Shown: positions 12,926-26,674 of the stretch, in pieces
Layout: each line of letters opens with the position of its first letter
Numbering within the stretch: the first letter of the stretch is position 1
Source of the DNA: Cyanophora paradoxa CCMP329
Taxonomy: Eukaryota; Plantae; Glaucophyta
DNA: 64,000 bases
Direction of reading: 5' to 3'
NCBI GenBank assembly: GCA_004431415.1
Contig: QPMI01000641.1
Location: 62,001 to 126,000, forward strand
Position numbers and translations under genes: made by a program
Notes under the pieces: generated by a model
The model's input: only the letters and a program-made list of their open reading frames with translations
Databases searched by the model: none
What the model was told of the DNA's origin: nothing

Positions 12926-14424
12926 TCACGCCTGTCCCCTGCCGCCCTTCGCCTTCTTCCCGCCCCCGCCCTGCGCCTCCTCCGCCCTCCGCTTCGACCC
13001 GGCCGCCGGCGCCGGCGCCGCTGCCGCCGCCGCCCCCTTGCCTTTCTTCCCGCCCTTGCCGCCCTTCGCCCCCGCTGGCGCCGGCGCTGGCGCAGAGGAC
13101 GCCGCCGCCGCCTTGCCGCCCTTGCCCGCCGCCTTGCCGCCTCCCTTCGCCGGCGCCTTGTCTCCGCCCTTCGCCGTTGCTTTGCCGCCGCCCTTCGCCG
13201 CCGCCCGGTCCGCCCCGCCGCCGCTGCCGCTGCCGCCGCCCTCGCCGGGCGCCTTGCCCTTGCCCTTCTTCGGCGCCGGCGCCGGCGCCGGCGCCTCCTC
13301 CTCCTCCTCTTCCTCCTCATCGTCCTCCTCCTCCCCTTCCGCCTCCTCCTCCTCCTCGTCCTCCTCGTCCTCCTCCTCGTCGTCGTCGTCGCCCCCCGCG
13401 GCGCCGAAGTCGAAGGCGTCCGAGTCGGGCTCCTCGGCGGGCACCTCCTCGAAGCCGCTCCCCGCCTCCGAGCCCGAGCCCTCCGACCCCTCCGACCCCG
13501 CCCCCTCCTCCCCTGCCCCCCGCGTCGGCTCTCGCGCGTGCGGGTCGTGCCGGGCGGGCGGACCGTCTTCGAGGGCGGCGCGGCGGGCGCGGCGCTCGGC
13601 GCGGGCCTTCTGCGCGCGCTCCTCCTCCTCCTCGTCCGCCAGCAGCGCATCTGGGTCCTCGTCCGCCCCGGCGCCCTCCCCCTCCTCCTCGTCCTCGCTC
13701 CCCTCCCCCTCTGCTCCGCCCGCCCCTCAGCGCTGGCTGCGGCGCGCGCGGCGGGCGCGGGGGCCGGGGGCGGCACCGAGCAGGTGGGCGGGGATGTTGC
13801 TCTCGATCTCGTCCACCTCACCGCCTGCCGCCAGCTTCCGCGCCTTCCGCTCCTGGTCCTCCTTCTGCTGCTCCGCCTTCCGCCGCTGCTTCTCCTCGTA
13901 CAACGCTGCACGGCCTCAGCGGCGCCCGCCGGTGCGCCGGCCACGGCGGGCGGCGGACCGAGCGCGGCCTTGTAGCGCCGGCCATCAATGTGCCTCTTGA
14001 CTTCGTCGACGATCTTGTTGAGGTGCGTCTTCGTCAGGCGGCAGAACAAGCGCTTGCTGAGCGGCGGGGCCGGGGTCAGCGGCGCGGTGCGGGGCGGCGG
14101 CAGCGGGGACGGTAGCGCGTGCTCACTCGCTCCGGCGACTGGCGATGATGAAGGGCTCGTACTTCTTGAAGTCCTTCGTGTAGTTCTCCTTCGCCATCTT
14201 GAACTTCTTGCCGGACGCGTACGCTTCCACAGGCGCTAGCTTCGGCGGGAACTCGGCTCCCGTGAGCGTGCATCGCACCTGCGCCGCCGCGCGTCAGCCG
14301 CCCAGCCTGATCGCGATCCGCATCGCGTGCAGGAGCGCGGCCGCGCAGGGCGCACCTTGCCGCTTTCCAACACCTCCCAATCTCCTTTATGCTTCGACAG
14401 GAACGCAGTGAGGTCCGCGTCCAT
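12926..14424 (-). CDS. SURF2: Surfeit locus protein 2 homolog with an acidic/Lys-Gly low-complexity tail
   Basis: Spliced: ...GKVRCTLTGAEFP...YASGKKF...DFKKYEPFII...LFCRLTKTHLNKIVDEVKRHIDGRRYKAAL, the SURF2 signature. Confidence 0.85.
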
Positions 14425-15007
14425 TTTTCTTTTGCGCCGATGGGGTACGCGACGTTTTTCGAGGAGGCGGCCCGGAGGGGGCAGAGCTCCAGTTCAGCGC
14501 TCTGCTGCGCTCCGGAGAGCGCAACTGCGCGTTTGCAGGCTTTGCGCCTCCCTGTTCGCGGTGTGGACCGTTCCAGCCCCGGCAAACTGCTCGTTGGACC
14601 AAGCTAAGCTCACTGCAGCCTGCATCAGTCGCCGCCGTTGCGAATGTGCGTAGCTTAATTGCCGTACGGGGTGGGACGCTAGCTCGCATCCCGGGCACGC
14701 ACGCTGAGTCTCCCGTCGAATCTCCGTCGCCCCCCCGCGCGCGGGCTGCTGGGCGCGGGCCTGTTGTCCTCTCCAACCGCATTTTTGACGCTCTTTTGCG
14801 CTCGCAGCTGGCGGCATATCCGCCCTCCCGTGCGCCACATCGAGCTCCATCGCCTGAGGGTGCCCGTTCATCGCCTCCCACGCCGCTGGTGCGCTCAAAC
14901 AACTCCCCTCTAAGTTTAAAACGATCTGAATTGTTCCTCTGCGCCCCGCCCCTCACTCTCCCGCCGATCAGATCTAGAGCGCGAGCGCCCGCCGGCTCGT
15001 CGAAGCG

Positions 15008-17582
15008 ATGGCGGGGGATATCACGATCGGGCACACGTACAGCGGGTTCACCGGCTTCGTGTTCATCTTCAACCTCATCGTCGGTGCGCCGGGCGCGCTG
15101 GCGTTGGGGCCGGGGGTGCTCACCGCTAGCGCTCCCGCGGCGGTCCCTCAGGCGTGGGCGCGCTGGCGCTCCCGTCGGCCTTCCGGCAGGCCGGCGTCGT
15201 GCTCTCCACCGTCTTCCTCCTCGGAGTCGGGTTCCTCTCGTACATCGCCGGCGCGCCCCGCCCCGCCGCCCCCGCCCCCGCCGCATGCTCTGCCGCGGCC
15301 GCCGACGTCGGCGCTCCGCCCCGCGCCGCTGACGCGCGCGCGCGCAGCGACGTACGTGGTGGAGGCCATCGCGATTGCGAACGCGCTGCTCTACCAGGAG
15401 GAGGAGGAGGATGAGCGGCTCGAGGGGAAGCGCCCCGCCGCCGCCGCCGCCGCCGCCGATGAGGCGACGCCGCTCCTCAAGAAGGCAGCCGCCGCCGGGG
15501 GCGGGGGCGGGGCGACGCCGGTGCGGGGGCGGGTGGAGGCGGGGTGGTTCGAGATCGACCGGCGGGTGGAGCTGGCGACCCTCTCGGACATGTTTTTCGG
15601 GCCCCGCGGCCGCCTTCTCTTCTTCGCCACCCTCGCCGCCTACCTCTACGGGCCCGCCCCGCCCGCCCCGCCCCGCCCCGCCCGCCCCGCCCCAGCCTCC
15701 GCTCCGCTCTGCTGCGCCCCGCCGCTGACCCGTTGGCGTTCGCCCCCGCAGGGACCTCACCATCTACGCGGTCTCCGTGCCGCTGACGCTGGCGCGCACG
15801 CTGCAGACGCCGGCCCTGGCGCTGGGGCCCCTCGTCCTCCCCGCCTACCACGCCTACCTCTTCTGCTTCGCCGCCTTCGTCCTCCCCTTCTGCTTCTTCA
15901 ACTGCGCGCCCCGCCCCGCCCCGCCCCCCACTCGCTCCACCCGCGCCTGACGCCGCGCCCCGCCCCGCCCGCTCGACTCGCAGTCCAGCGGACGGCGTAC
16001 CTGCAGTTCGGGACGATGGCGGTGCGCAACCTGGCCTTCCTTGTCATGGTCCTCCTGGCCGCCGCCTACGGTCCGCACGCGCCCCGCCCGCCCGCCGCCG
16101 CCGCCGCCGACTGACAGCGGCGGCGCGGGGCGCTCGCAGCACACTCGACGGGAGGCGCCCGCGCGGCGGACGTGCCCCTCGTGCAGCCCTCGCGCCTGCC
16201 CCTCCTCTTCGGTCCGCCCGGCCCGCCCCTCGAGCTCCGGCCCTGCCTTCCGCGGCGCTCGGCGCTCACGGTCGAGGGCCCACCCCGCCCCGCGCGCAGG
16301 CACCGCCATCTACTCCTTCATGTGCCACCACAGGCCCGCCCCCGCCCCGCCCCCGCCCCGCCCCCGCCCGCCGGCTCGCCGGCCCCGCGGGCGGCACCGC
16401 GTGCGAGCGGGGCGCAGCGTGCCGTCGATCGTGGCGCCGATCCGGAACAAGGCGTCGCTGGGGGCGCTCCTCGCCGGGGTCTTCGGGGCCGTCGCCGCCG
16501 CGTACCTCGCCCTCTGCTACACCGCCCTCGCCGCCTTCGGGCCCGCCCCGCCCCGCCCCGCCCCGCCCAGCGCTGCTTCTGACGCAGGGGCGCAGGTCGG
16601 TGAGGAACGGGGCGTGCCGGCTGGAGCCGGGCCCGCCGTGCGCCATCCAGCCCCTCTACAGCCTCAACTTTGCCTCCTCGGACTGGCGCTTTCTCGCCCG
16701 CTTCCTCGCCCTCTTCCCCGTCTTCACGTCCGCCATTCAAGCTTCCCATCTTTGCTGCGAGCAAGGGCGGCCGCCTGATCGCAGGCGCAGGCTCTCCTCG
16801 AACTTCCCGCTGATCGCGATCACGCTGCGGAACAACCTCTCTCAGCTCTACTTCGAGCTGGCGCCCCCGCGGCGGCGCTACCACCCGCCCCACGTGGCGG
16901 GGCCGCACGCGGCGCCCGACTGCGAGCAGGCCGACGAGGCCCGCCTCGAGGCCGAGGCCCTCAAGGGCGGCGACGGTCCGCCCCGCCCTCCCCCCCCCGC
17001 CCCGACCCCGCTTTGCTCCGACCGGCCTGAGCGCGCCCGGCAGACGCGACGGGGCACGAGCGGGTCTCGCCACTGGGCGCCGCAGCGACGCTGCTCGCCG
17101 TGGCCCCGCCCCTCGCCCTCGCCGCCGCCACCCAGAACGTCAAGGCGCGCCTCCCGGATCCCCTTCCGATCGCCCCCTCTGCCCCCGCCCCTCTAATTTG
17201 CCCTTCGGCCCCCTGTGCAGCTCCTCGTCGGCGTCACCGGCAGCTTCGCCGGGCTAGCCATCCAGTGCGCGCCCCGCCGCCGGCCGGCCGGCCCCGCCGC
17301 CCCGAGCGCCCGGGGCTTGAGCGAGCCGGGGCCGGGCCGGGCGACAGGTTCGTCATCCCGCCGCTGCTGGTGCTGGCGGCGCGGCGCCTGTGCCGGGCCA
17401 AGCTGGGGCCCCACGCGCCCCGCCTCAACCCGCACCGCTCGCCGTTCGGCGCGCCCGCGTGGGCCTACGGCATGCTCGCCTGGGCCGCCCTCTGCCTCGC
17501 CTTCACCTCGTACCAAGCCGGCATCGCCCTCTTCGGCGTGCCCCCGCACACCATCGCCCCGCACCCCCGGCCCCCTAGCTAG
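15008..17582 (+). CDS. TMEM104: TMEM104-like amino-acid transporter family protein
   Basis: MAGDITIGHTYSGFTGFVFIFNLIVG|VGALALPSAFRQAG...YVVEAIAIANA...YLYGDLTIY...IYSFMCHHSVPSIVAPI...FLALFPVFTLSSNFPLIAITLRNNL. Confidence 0.88.
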
Positions 17583-18277
17583 AGTACGCCCCGTCGGGCG
17601 CGCGGGCGGGCGTCTCCCCGCGGCGACGTTGCTTCCCATCGCGGGTCTCTCGCGCTCGGTTTTAGTTCCTTTCGTTCCGCAATATTATAGGTCTAGATCT
17701 GTCTGTTATTTAGATCCTTGATCTGCTTCAATTTCGCCTTCCGTCGTCCTTCGGGCAGCGTTTTGAACGCTGGCCTGCCTGGCAGCCCCCTTCGTCCACC
17801 GCCCCCGCCCCCTGCATTTCAGAGCAGCATGCCAGAGCAGCTGTATGTATGTGTGTAGCGGGTTTATAACTACGTGCATCAGCTGGGGCTTCTCGCCACG
17901 CGCCCGATCGCGAGCTATGCCCGCCGCCGATCCAGGTTGGCGGCCGTTCCGACGCCTCGCCCCGGCCCGGGCCTAGATGAATGGGGAAAGAAGAAGCCGT
18001 GTCGCACATAGGACCGTGATATGCGAAGACTGAAGTTTCAATTTACATTTCTTTGATACAGGTGGTCGCTATCTCGCAAGCAGCAATGGATTCGAGGCCC
18101 GAGTCGGCGGGGAAAGCCGCGGTGGGCCCGGGAGCAGCGCTAAACCGCTGGCTGCAAAATCCGGAGGAGGTTGAAAGAAGGGGAAAAAGAAAAGCACAAC
18201 GCCGCGCCGAAGGACGCGACGTAGCAGGGGCGGCGCCGGCGCGCCGGCCTGCCCGGACGCTTCTACGCGCTCGCCGC

Positions 18278-19015
18278 TCAGTTCGAGAACGAGTCCGTGT
18301 AGTCCGAGTTCAGGAGCAGATCCTGCTCGGCAGCGGCCTTCGCGTCGTAGTCGTCATCCTGGGCCGAAGCCGTGTCCTGCCGCCCCGCGCTCAGCTCCAG
18401 ATCGCACTCCGGCCGCAGACGGCACTCGCGTACCTTTGCGGCAGACGCGGCGGCGGCGGCCTTGCGCTTCTCCTCCTCGGCGCGCATGGCGAGGATGCTG
18501 CGCGCCGTTCGTCGGCGAGTGCACCCACCACAGCGACGCACGCAGCGCGGCCGCTCACCGGGCCTTGTCGGCATCAGCATCCCCCTTCATGTCGTTCTCG
18601 CCGTCGAAGGCAATGGCGTAGTCGGTTTGCTGAATCGGCCTCCGGTCAGTCCGGCCGAATTGCAAGCAGACGCCGGGGGCGCACCATGACGAGCTCCTCC
18701 TCAGAGACAGGGCCCTGCTTCTCGGCAGAAGCTACGACGGAAGCGTAAGCGCCGGCGGGTGTGGCGCGGGACCCGATCGTCCAGGCCGCTGCACGCATGC
18801 GCGCGAAGCGCACCGAAGACCGAGAAGGAGGAGCCGGCGACGAAGGTGCGGCTCTGCTTCTTCGAAACAACGCTAAAGAAGGACCGAACGTCAGCGGCGG
18901 AAGCCGGGGGGGCACGGCGGGGCGCAAACCTCTTGCCAGCGAAGGTCGAGCGAAGCGAGGCCACAGAGGGCTTCGCAACGACGGCAATGGGAGCAGCCGA
19001 GAACACGAAAGCCAT
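18278..19015 (-). CDS. Small acidic plastid (cyanelle)-targeted protein of unknown function, 6 exons
   Basis: Five clean GT-AG introns give MAFVFSAAPIAVVAKPSVASLRSTFAGKSVVSKKQSRTFVAGSSFSVFA-SAEKQGPVSEEELVMQTDYAIAFDGENDMKGDADADKARILAMRAEEEKRK...DYTDSFSN*. Confidence 0.75.
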
Positions 19016-19543
19016 CTTTCTTCGGACTTCGACGGGCGAACGAGGGGTACGAGGGGGGGGGAGCGGAGGGGCTACGAGATATGGCGACAAAGGGGTACGT
19101 GCGTCGCCTGATCTTCTTTCGACGCGCCCGCGTGCTCGCGCCCAGCCCCCGCAACTGGAGTTATGTGCTCAGCGAGCGTTCTGCGGCTCGACCGGCATGC
19201 GCGGGCCGCCCTCTAGCTCGGTGAGTCAACGGCTTGAAACGTCGCAGTTCGAGTCAGTCGATGAATGAGAGCCCATGGCAGTTTCCCGGTTCGAATCCCG
19301 CCGAGATCTTCCAACCTTCAACACGAACTCAGCGCTCAATGCTCAGCAGCGGCTCGAGATTCAAAGCGCGCGCAGCAGCTCCGCGGATGCGCATGTTCCG
19401 CGTCGAACGCAGAGCTGCAAGATTCAGCGATGGCGCCCGCTTCTTGACGCCCATGCCGGCGGCGCAAGCGTCAGCCGCAGTGACATTCGACGCCGCGGCC
19501 GGCGGCCGCAGCTGCGCGGTCCCGGAGATCTAGATCCGGATCG

Positions 19544-22500
19544 ATGTCGGCCGCGGGCGCCGGCGCGGCCGCGGCCGGGCGCGGCGGCCGCGGCGGGCTG
19601 GTTTCCCTCGGGGACGTTGGACGTCGGCTTGCGGGCCTGGGCCGTACGCGTGTAGCGGCTGATCCGGCGGCCGCGGAGCTCGAGGCGCCATCGGCCGCGG
19701 CGACCGCGGGCGCAGCGTACGCGGGGACGGCGGAGGGATCGGCGCCCGGCGAGGGGGATCCCGAGGCGTCACTGTTCGTGGAGGGCTGGCCGTTCAACCC
19801 GTCGCAGGTCGGCGCCCTCGATCGCCTCGTCCGGATCGCGCGCGCCAAGCCGCGGCGGCACTCGACGGGCTCCGTCGCCGGCCATGGCCAGCCCGCCGCC
19901 GTCCCCGCGGCCAATCTCGCCGACACTTCTCCAGAACAAAGAAACACATTTACAGAATTACAGGCCCGCCCTGAAGCGACCTCCCCGCTCATCCTGATCA
20001 ACGCCCGGGTTCGCGAGCCGGATCGGTCCCCCGCGGCTCGCGTACGTGCCATTCCGAAGCTCACGCCGCCTCGCAGGCCGCCAACGCGTCCGACGGAGTT
20101 TATGAACGTCCGACGGCCCTCCGGCCGGAGCCCGGGGGCGAGTATACGTACAAGCCGACCCCGTACCGGTGCGCGCGCGCGTCTGGCTCGCGATCGGCGA
20201 TTTCCGGCGGGGTCGGGCGCGGGCCGACGGGCCGGGCGGCGCAGGCGGTACCGCGTGGCGACGGCGGGATACGAGAGCGGGGATGTGGAGGCGAGGAAGC
20301 GGGACCTCCTCCGCTGGACCGGCTCTGTCGTCCGCTGCCGCGCCTTCTGGGCCGGTGCGGCGCTCCCCGGGTCCCCGCCCGTCCCCGCGCCGCCTGCCGG
20401 CAACGGAGAGTGGCGCAGACGACGGGACGCCGGTGCAACCGCCGCCGCTGGTGGTGTTCCGGCCCGGGGGCAGCCGCTGGGGCGAGCGGGTGGAGGAGGT
20501 GCAGACGCGCATTGCCGATGGCGGCGTCGGCGAGGGCAGCTTCGGATTCGGTCCGCCCGCCGCCTTTTGTCCCGCCCCAACCCGCCGCGCCCGATGGTTT
20601 TTATCCCTTTTTGACCGGCGGTTTTCGCAGCTCCCTTCTCGAGCTCGCGGACATCGACGTCGCATGGAACCGCCGGCGCCGAGGCGGCCCCGCCGCGGCT
20701 CGTGCGGTGCGGCAGCCGTGTTTGATTTGGGCGTGGCCGCGGAACATAGACATTCGCAAAAGTTTGCCGCTGACGTGGCGGCGCTCGCGCAGGCTGAGCT
20801 TCGAGTCGCTGCAAGGGGCGCCGCTGGGGTCCCTGCTGCTGGACCTGCGCCGACCGCCGAAGAAGGGCAAGCGCGGCCGCGGCGAGGAGCGGGCGGGCGC
20901 GGGCATGGCCATGGCCAGCGGGAGCACCACGCCGGCCGCCTCTGCCTCCCGTCCCACGAGCGCTGGGCCGTGCACGCCGGCCGGTGCCGGCGCCGGCGCC
21001 GGCGCCGGCGGGGTCTCGTCAAGCGGCGAGGAGGGCGCATCGGGCCCCGAGGGCGCCGCCGCCGCCGAGAAGTGGCTTCGCGCAGTGAAGGCCGAGGCGG
21101 CCGCGGGGCCCGAGCCCGAGCCCGAGGCGACCTCGAAGCGGCCGGCGCGGGCCCCGCCGAGCCCGAGCCCGAGCCTGACCCCATCGCCGAGCTCGTCGCC
21201 GAGTTCGGGAGCCTCTTCCGGTACCCCGAGGAGGCGCCCCCGGCCGCGGGCCCCGGGGCGGGGCCGGCGCCGGGGCCGGGGCCCCCAACGGCGGCGTGGG
21301 AGGCGGCGGCCACCTGCAGCGCGCCGTCGCCGTCGACGGAGGGGGAGGCGGGGCCGGCCTCCTCGCGCTCGGGCCCCTCGGGCAGCCCTGCCTCCTCCTT
21401 CTCCGGAACAGTGCCCGCGCCCCCGCCCGCCCCGATCCGCCCCCCGCCCATGCTGAAGCGCGCGCGCCACGCATGCGCAGGGCCGTCGCCGGCGATCCCC
21501 CGACCTCGGCCGGTGCGCCCGCCGGCCGCGGGCCGTTTGGGCATGGCAACGCGTGGCGACAGCGATGCTCGACGGCGGTGCGCTGACGGGGGCCGGCAGG
21601 GAGATCGACCTCGCGGCGTGGAGCCTCGAGCTGAACGCCCTCTCCGCCGTGCAACCCTCGCCCCGGCAGCTCCTCCGTTCGCCCTCCGCTGATCATGACG
21701 GGCGGCAGGTGCACGCCGCTGAGGCGGCCGCCGGCTCGAGCTCGAGCGGGGCCCCGGGCCTCGCGCCCCCTCCGGCCCCCGTGCCGACGGCGCCGGAGCC
21801 GGCCCCGCCGCCCTGGACCCTCCGTATGCAGGCCCCGACCCTCGTGCGCCCCCGCACCGCCCGCCCGCCCCGGCCCGGCCCGGCCAGGCTCGAGCCGGGG
21901 CGGCGCAGGGGGCGCCCTTCCGGCACGCGAGCGAGGCCTCGCGGCGGGCGGCGGTCGAGGTTGTGGACGCGGCGCAGGCCGCCCTCGCCGTCGCCGCCGC
22001 CGCCGCCGGCGTCGCCCACCCCGTCCCCGCCAGCGCCCCGCCCCGCCCCGCCCTCCGCGCCGCCTGCGAGGCCCTCGCCGAGGCGCGCGCCCCCCCCCCC
22101 CCTCCTTTCCTTTCTTTTCGCTTCTTTTTGACAGGAAGCAGGCTCTGGGGCGGGCGGAGGCGCTGGACACGGGGCTGGTGGGGACGCGGGAGGGGCGCCC
22201 GCGCGTGCGGCGGGCCCTCGAGGACACGCGCCTCTGCGGGTCCTCCGACCTCGTGCGCCCTTCCCGCCCCTTCTCCCCTTTGGGTCCCCGCCCCCTCTAC
22301 ATCTATCTTCCCTTAAGCTTTGAGACCCCGAACTTCGTGCGTCCCCGCGCATGCGCACCTGACTAGACGGCTGCAGATCGAGGGGGTCTTCGCCGCCTGG
22401 GGCCGCTTGCTCGGCCCCGCCAGCCCCGGCGCCCCGCGCTACCCCCTCCTGTGCGCTCTCTCTGCTTCGCCCCTCGGGCGGGCGCCGCTGCTGCTGCCCC

Positions 22501-24692
22501 TGCCCCTGCCCCTGCCGCGCGCTGACGGCGGCGCGCCCCCAGTGAGGACGCGCGCCTGCACGCGGAGCACGCGTGGAACGTCCTCGAGATCGCCACCGGC
22601 GGCGTGCGCCCCTCTTCCGTTCCTTTTCCTTCCTTTCCCCCGAGCGGGCGGGGCGGGCGCCGGGGCGGGCGGCAGGGCGGGAGCGCTAGCGTGTCGGCGG
22701 ACCTGCTGCCCGTCGGGCGGGCCTTCCTCTTCGGCCTCCTCGACGCCGCCGACGCCGCCGCCGCCCCGCACGCCCCCGCCGACCCGCGCTCGCCTGCCGC
22801 GGCGCGGCGCGGCGCGCCTGGCTGCTCGGCCAGTTCGGCGAGCGTGAGGCCGCCCTCGAGCTCTACTTCGGTGCCCTGGCCACGGGGCCCGGCCCCGGCC
22901 CCCGCGCTGGCCGAGGGCGAGCTGACGGGGCGAGCTGACGGGGCGGGGCGGCGCAGGGGCGTGGTCGGCGCTGGTGCAGGCGGGGCAGACGCCCTCGCGC
23001 CTCGAGGCGGCCCTCCTCTGCGCCCTCGTCGACCTCCTCCGTCCGCCCGCCCCGCCCCGCCGCCCGCGATGTAGAGCGCCGCGCCCCTGCCTCGAGCTCG
23101 AACGGCCGGCCCCGCGGCGCGTGCGCGCAGGGCGGATGCCGGCGCGGCGCGCCCTCGCCCAGCACCTCGCCTCCCGGGTGCGTGCGCGCCGGCTCGAGGC
23201 GGCCCCGGCCGGCCAGGTGCTCAAGGCGCTGATCATGAGGGGGCGCAGGTGTACTGGTACTCGACGCCGGCGCCGGAGGACCGGCACCTCGAGGCCACCG
23301 CCCACCGCGCCCTCGGTCCGCCCCGCCCCGCTCGCCCCGCCCCGCCCGCCCGGGGCTGAGCGGGCGGCGGCAGGGCTGGAGGCGTACGCGGGGAAGCGGT
23401 GGCGGGAGGCGCGGGGCCACCTCGAGCGCGCCCTCACCGCCCTCGAGGGCACCCCCGCCGGCTGCCGGTCCGCCCTCCCCCGGCCTCGCGCCGCCCCGCT
23501 CGGCGCCGGGCCCGACGCCGAGCGGGCGTGGGGGTAGGATCGCGGCGGAGAAGGTGCACGAGAGCCTGGCGGGGGCGTGCTTCCACCTGCTGGACTTTGC
23601 CGGCTGCATGCGCCACGGGCGCGCCGCCTTCCGCCTCATGCGCGACCTCTTCTGCTTCAGGTGCGCCCTCCGGCGCCCCGCGCGGCCTTTTCGCTTTGAA
23701 GTCCGGTCCTGCTGACCTCGCCCCGGCGCGCGCGCGCGCGGCCCCGGCCCGCAGCTGGCCCGAGCTCGACCTGTGCGCTGGACCGCGGCCCTGCCCTGCT
23801 GCCCGGGCCCCGAGGGCGCTTCTTCTTGCCCGCCCTCGGGCCTGACCGGCGGCCGGCCGCGGCGCAGGCTGCGGGTGCCGCTTGCGATGATGCGGGCCGG
23901 GGTGCGGGCGGGGGAGGCCCCCCGCGGGCCCAACGCGCGGCCCCCGACCATGTGCGGCGCCGGCCCTCCCCCGCCCGAACACGTCCATCTTTCCCCAGCC
24001 CCCCCTGACGCCGGCGCCGCCCTTGCCGCCAGGGCGGACGCCATCAAGACCCTCCGCTGGATGCTCCTCTTCAACCGGTGCGACCCCGACGTCGATCTCG
24101 TCGCCCGCCCGCCCACCCGCGCCGCCCGACGTCTGTGGCGGCTCACGGGGCCACCCGGGGCGGGCGGGGGGGCAGGCGGGCGCTGGTGCTCTCGCGCTCC
24201 CACTTCGCCTCGATCGCCTACGAGGGCCATGGCCTCTTCCAGGCCCGCCCTGCCCCGCCCCGCCCCGCCCCGCCCGCCCCGCGTTTTGCAGCGCCCGCTG
24301 AGGCCCGGCTCCGGCCCCGCCCGCGCAGCTCGGCACGGCGTACGCCGACGTGGGCGACTGGCCCCGCGCCCTCGCCTGCCTCGACAAGGTGCCGCCCGGC
24401 CCCGATGAGCGGGAGCCGGCGCCGCGCTGACTCTGCGGACTCCGCGCGCGCGCGCGCGCGCCGCACAGGCGAACTCGACCCTGTACGGGCGCTACCCTGC
24501 CTACTTCCCCCCGGCTCGCCCCGCGTGGCGGCTCTCGCCGCCGCCGCCGCCGAGTGCCGCCGCCGCCTCGCCACCGCCGCCGCCTCCGGGCCCGGCCCGC
24601 GGGTGTTTCCCGCTCGGCCAGCGGCAGCCTCGAGCCCGTCGACGGGCTCGAGCCCGAGCCCCCCCTCGAGCTTCGACGCCTTCCTGGCGTGA
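19544..24692 (+). CDS. Large multi-exon hypothetical protein with a helical (TPR-like) C-terminal half
   Basis: Chain of GC-rich exons separated by typical (CCCCG)n introns, ending SSFDAFLA*. No family recognised; it could be more than one gene. Confidence 0.45.
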
Positions 24693-24789
24693 CCGGACCG
24701 GGGCCCCCGACCCCGTGATCTCGACCCGGCCCACCGCGCCTCCTTCGCGACGCACCGCTCCTTCGAGTTCGCGTCTGCATGCGCAGGAT

Positions 24790-26520
24790 CGACTTTCACA
24801 CCTCTCGCTTTCTCTTTCGATTCCCGGTTTTAATTTCTTTTTATGATAATCGATTCTCCTCTTCGATGCTCTTTCTTTTCCCACACTCAGCTGCAGTGGC
24901 CAGCTGACGTCTAGAGCTTCGGCTGTCAGTACTTTGCTCGGTAGCTCCCCCGTCGTGGCTCCTCGGGGGCCTCTTCGTCGTCGTCGTTCGCTGGGTTCCG
25001 GCTCCGGGTCAGATTTCTCGCCGGGCTTACCTTCTCCTGGCTCTGCTCCTGGGCCCTCAGCTCCGGGACCGGCTTCCCCGATCTCCTCCCGGACTCGTGG
25101 TCGTACCCGTCGCCGGCTTGCCGAGCCTGCGGCTCCTTCTACTTCCCCCCGGCGGTTTGCCGGGCCGGACCCTCCGGCCTTTGTTCTTGATACCGGACTG
25201 CCGCCTTTGCCTTCGTCTTCTGCTTCGCTGGTCGCGATCGTATCCCGCCGGCGCCGGCGTACTTCTTCGTCTTCTAGTTTAGTTCGGTCTGGTTCGGATT
25301 CTGATCGTAGTGTTGATGCTAGAGTTAGTTTCAATACTAGCTATAGTCCTCGTGCTCGACCTGTTGTTCGCCGTCGTTTGCAGTTCGACTGCCCGCCTCG
25401 ACCCCGGCCGGCTTTAGTGATTCCTTTGACTGTCCTTTTGCCTGCTCTTGATCCGCCTGCTCCGCCTCCTGTGTCCTTCTCGACCTCGTGCCGTAGCTCT
25501 GCCCTTTCGCATCGTCCTGCTTCGCCTCCGCCTCCATGTCGTCTTGTTGTTCCTCTTACTTGTCTTCTTCCTGTTATTTATCTTTCTCAATTTTGTCCCC
25601 CGCTTCTTAGTGATGTAATTCCTTCTGATATTGATGGTATCTCTAGCTCTGGCTCTTCTTCGTGTCAGTTATCCTCTGTCCCTAGATCTGCTCGATTTAT
25701 CGTCTCTTCTCGCTATCGATCTGTCTCGAGCTCTGTGTCTTTCCTTTTTTATTGTCGATTTTGGCTCTTTGTCTTATCTTTCTTCGTGCTCTTGTCTTAG
25801 TTATTTTGCTTTTTTGTCTTTATGCCCCCTGGGCAGCCCCCGCAGTGCTGGTGTCTAGAGACTGTGGCCGGTAATTCACCCAAAAAAAAAAATAGAGCTT
25901 CGGAATTTTCCGAAAGCCTAAGAACCGGATTCTATCCCAGTATTCTATTTTCTTTGGGTTTCTTGCTATATTACTGCTGCTGCATACCTGGGCCTGGGTA
26001 GTCATGCTTATAACTATCAACTTTCAAATTAAAAACATATCATGTAAATTCAAACTTGGATATAGATCCGGACATTTCGCGGTCCTCGCTTTCCTGTTGT
26101 TAGGCTTTATTTGAGAGCTATCTACGTTAAGGCAATTATATTAGAATATGTTTTTATTAGAATCAGCAATATCGTAGTACCGTACTGCTCACGCGTACGC
26201 CCTGTAACATCATACTTCGCGATTGGTTCCGTTCCAGTGTGCACTCGCACCAATTTTTTAATCTCCCTCGGTTGTTACACGCGACGCCATATGCTGCGAG
26301 ATCAGGTTGTTGGGTTCCATTTCGCGTGCCGTCGTTTTTCTTGGGTCCTGTACCGTAGTACGTCGACCTGTATAATTGTTGGTAGGTTATTTATGCTGGG
26401 GGTCCTGTGGTTTTTTACTTGCATCTATCTTTGGATCGATATCTGAACTGATTTCAATCAGCTTAAGCTAAAGAGTGACATTCTCAATAGCAGGACTGGC
26501 TATAGCTATAGAAAAGTTTT
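24790..26520 (-). pseudogene. Decayed, AT-shifted TE/gene relic with a stop-riddled charged reading frame
   Basis: Abrupt GC drop. The minus frame reads as E/K/D/R-rich peptide interrupted by many TAA/TAG/TGA codons, and there are no host-type introns. Confidence 0.45.
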
Positions 26521-26674
26521 GAATATTGCACTTCTTGTATTCGGCAATCACTGCTGAGTCAATATCGATCGAGTTTTTGCGATCGATCGCCTTGCTGCAG
26601 CCACCTGAGCGCGAGACTCAGATCGACGGGTACAGGCTGTTCGAAGCTTAAGACCGCTGCAGCTCGACTCGGTG

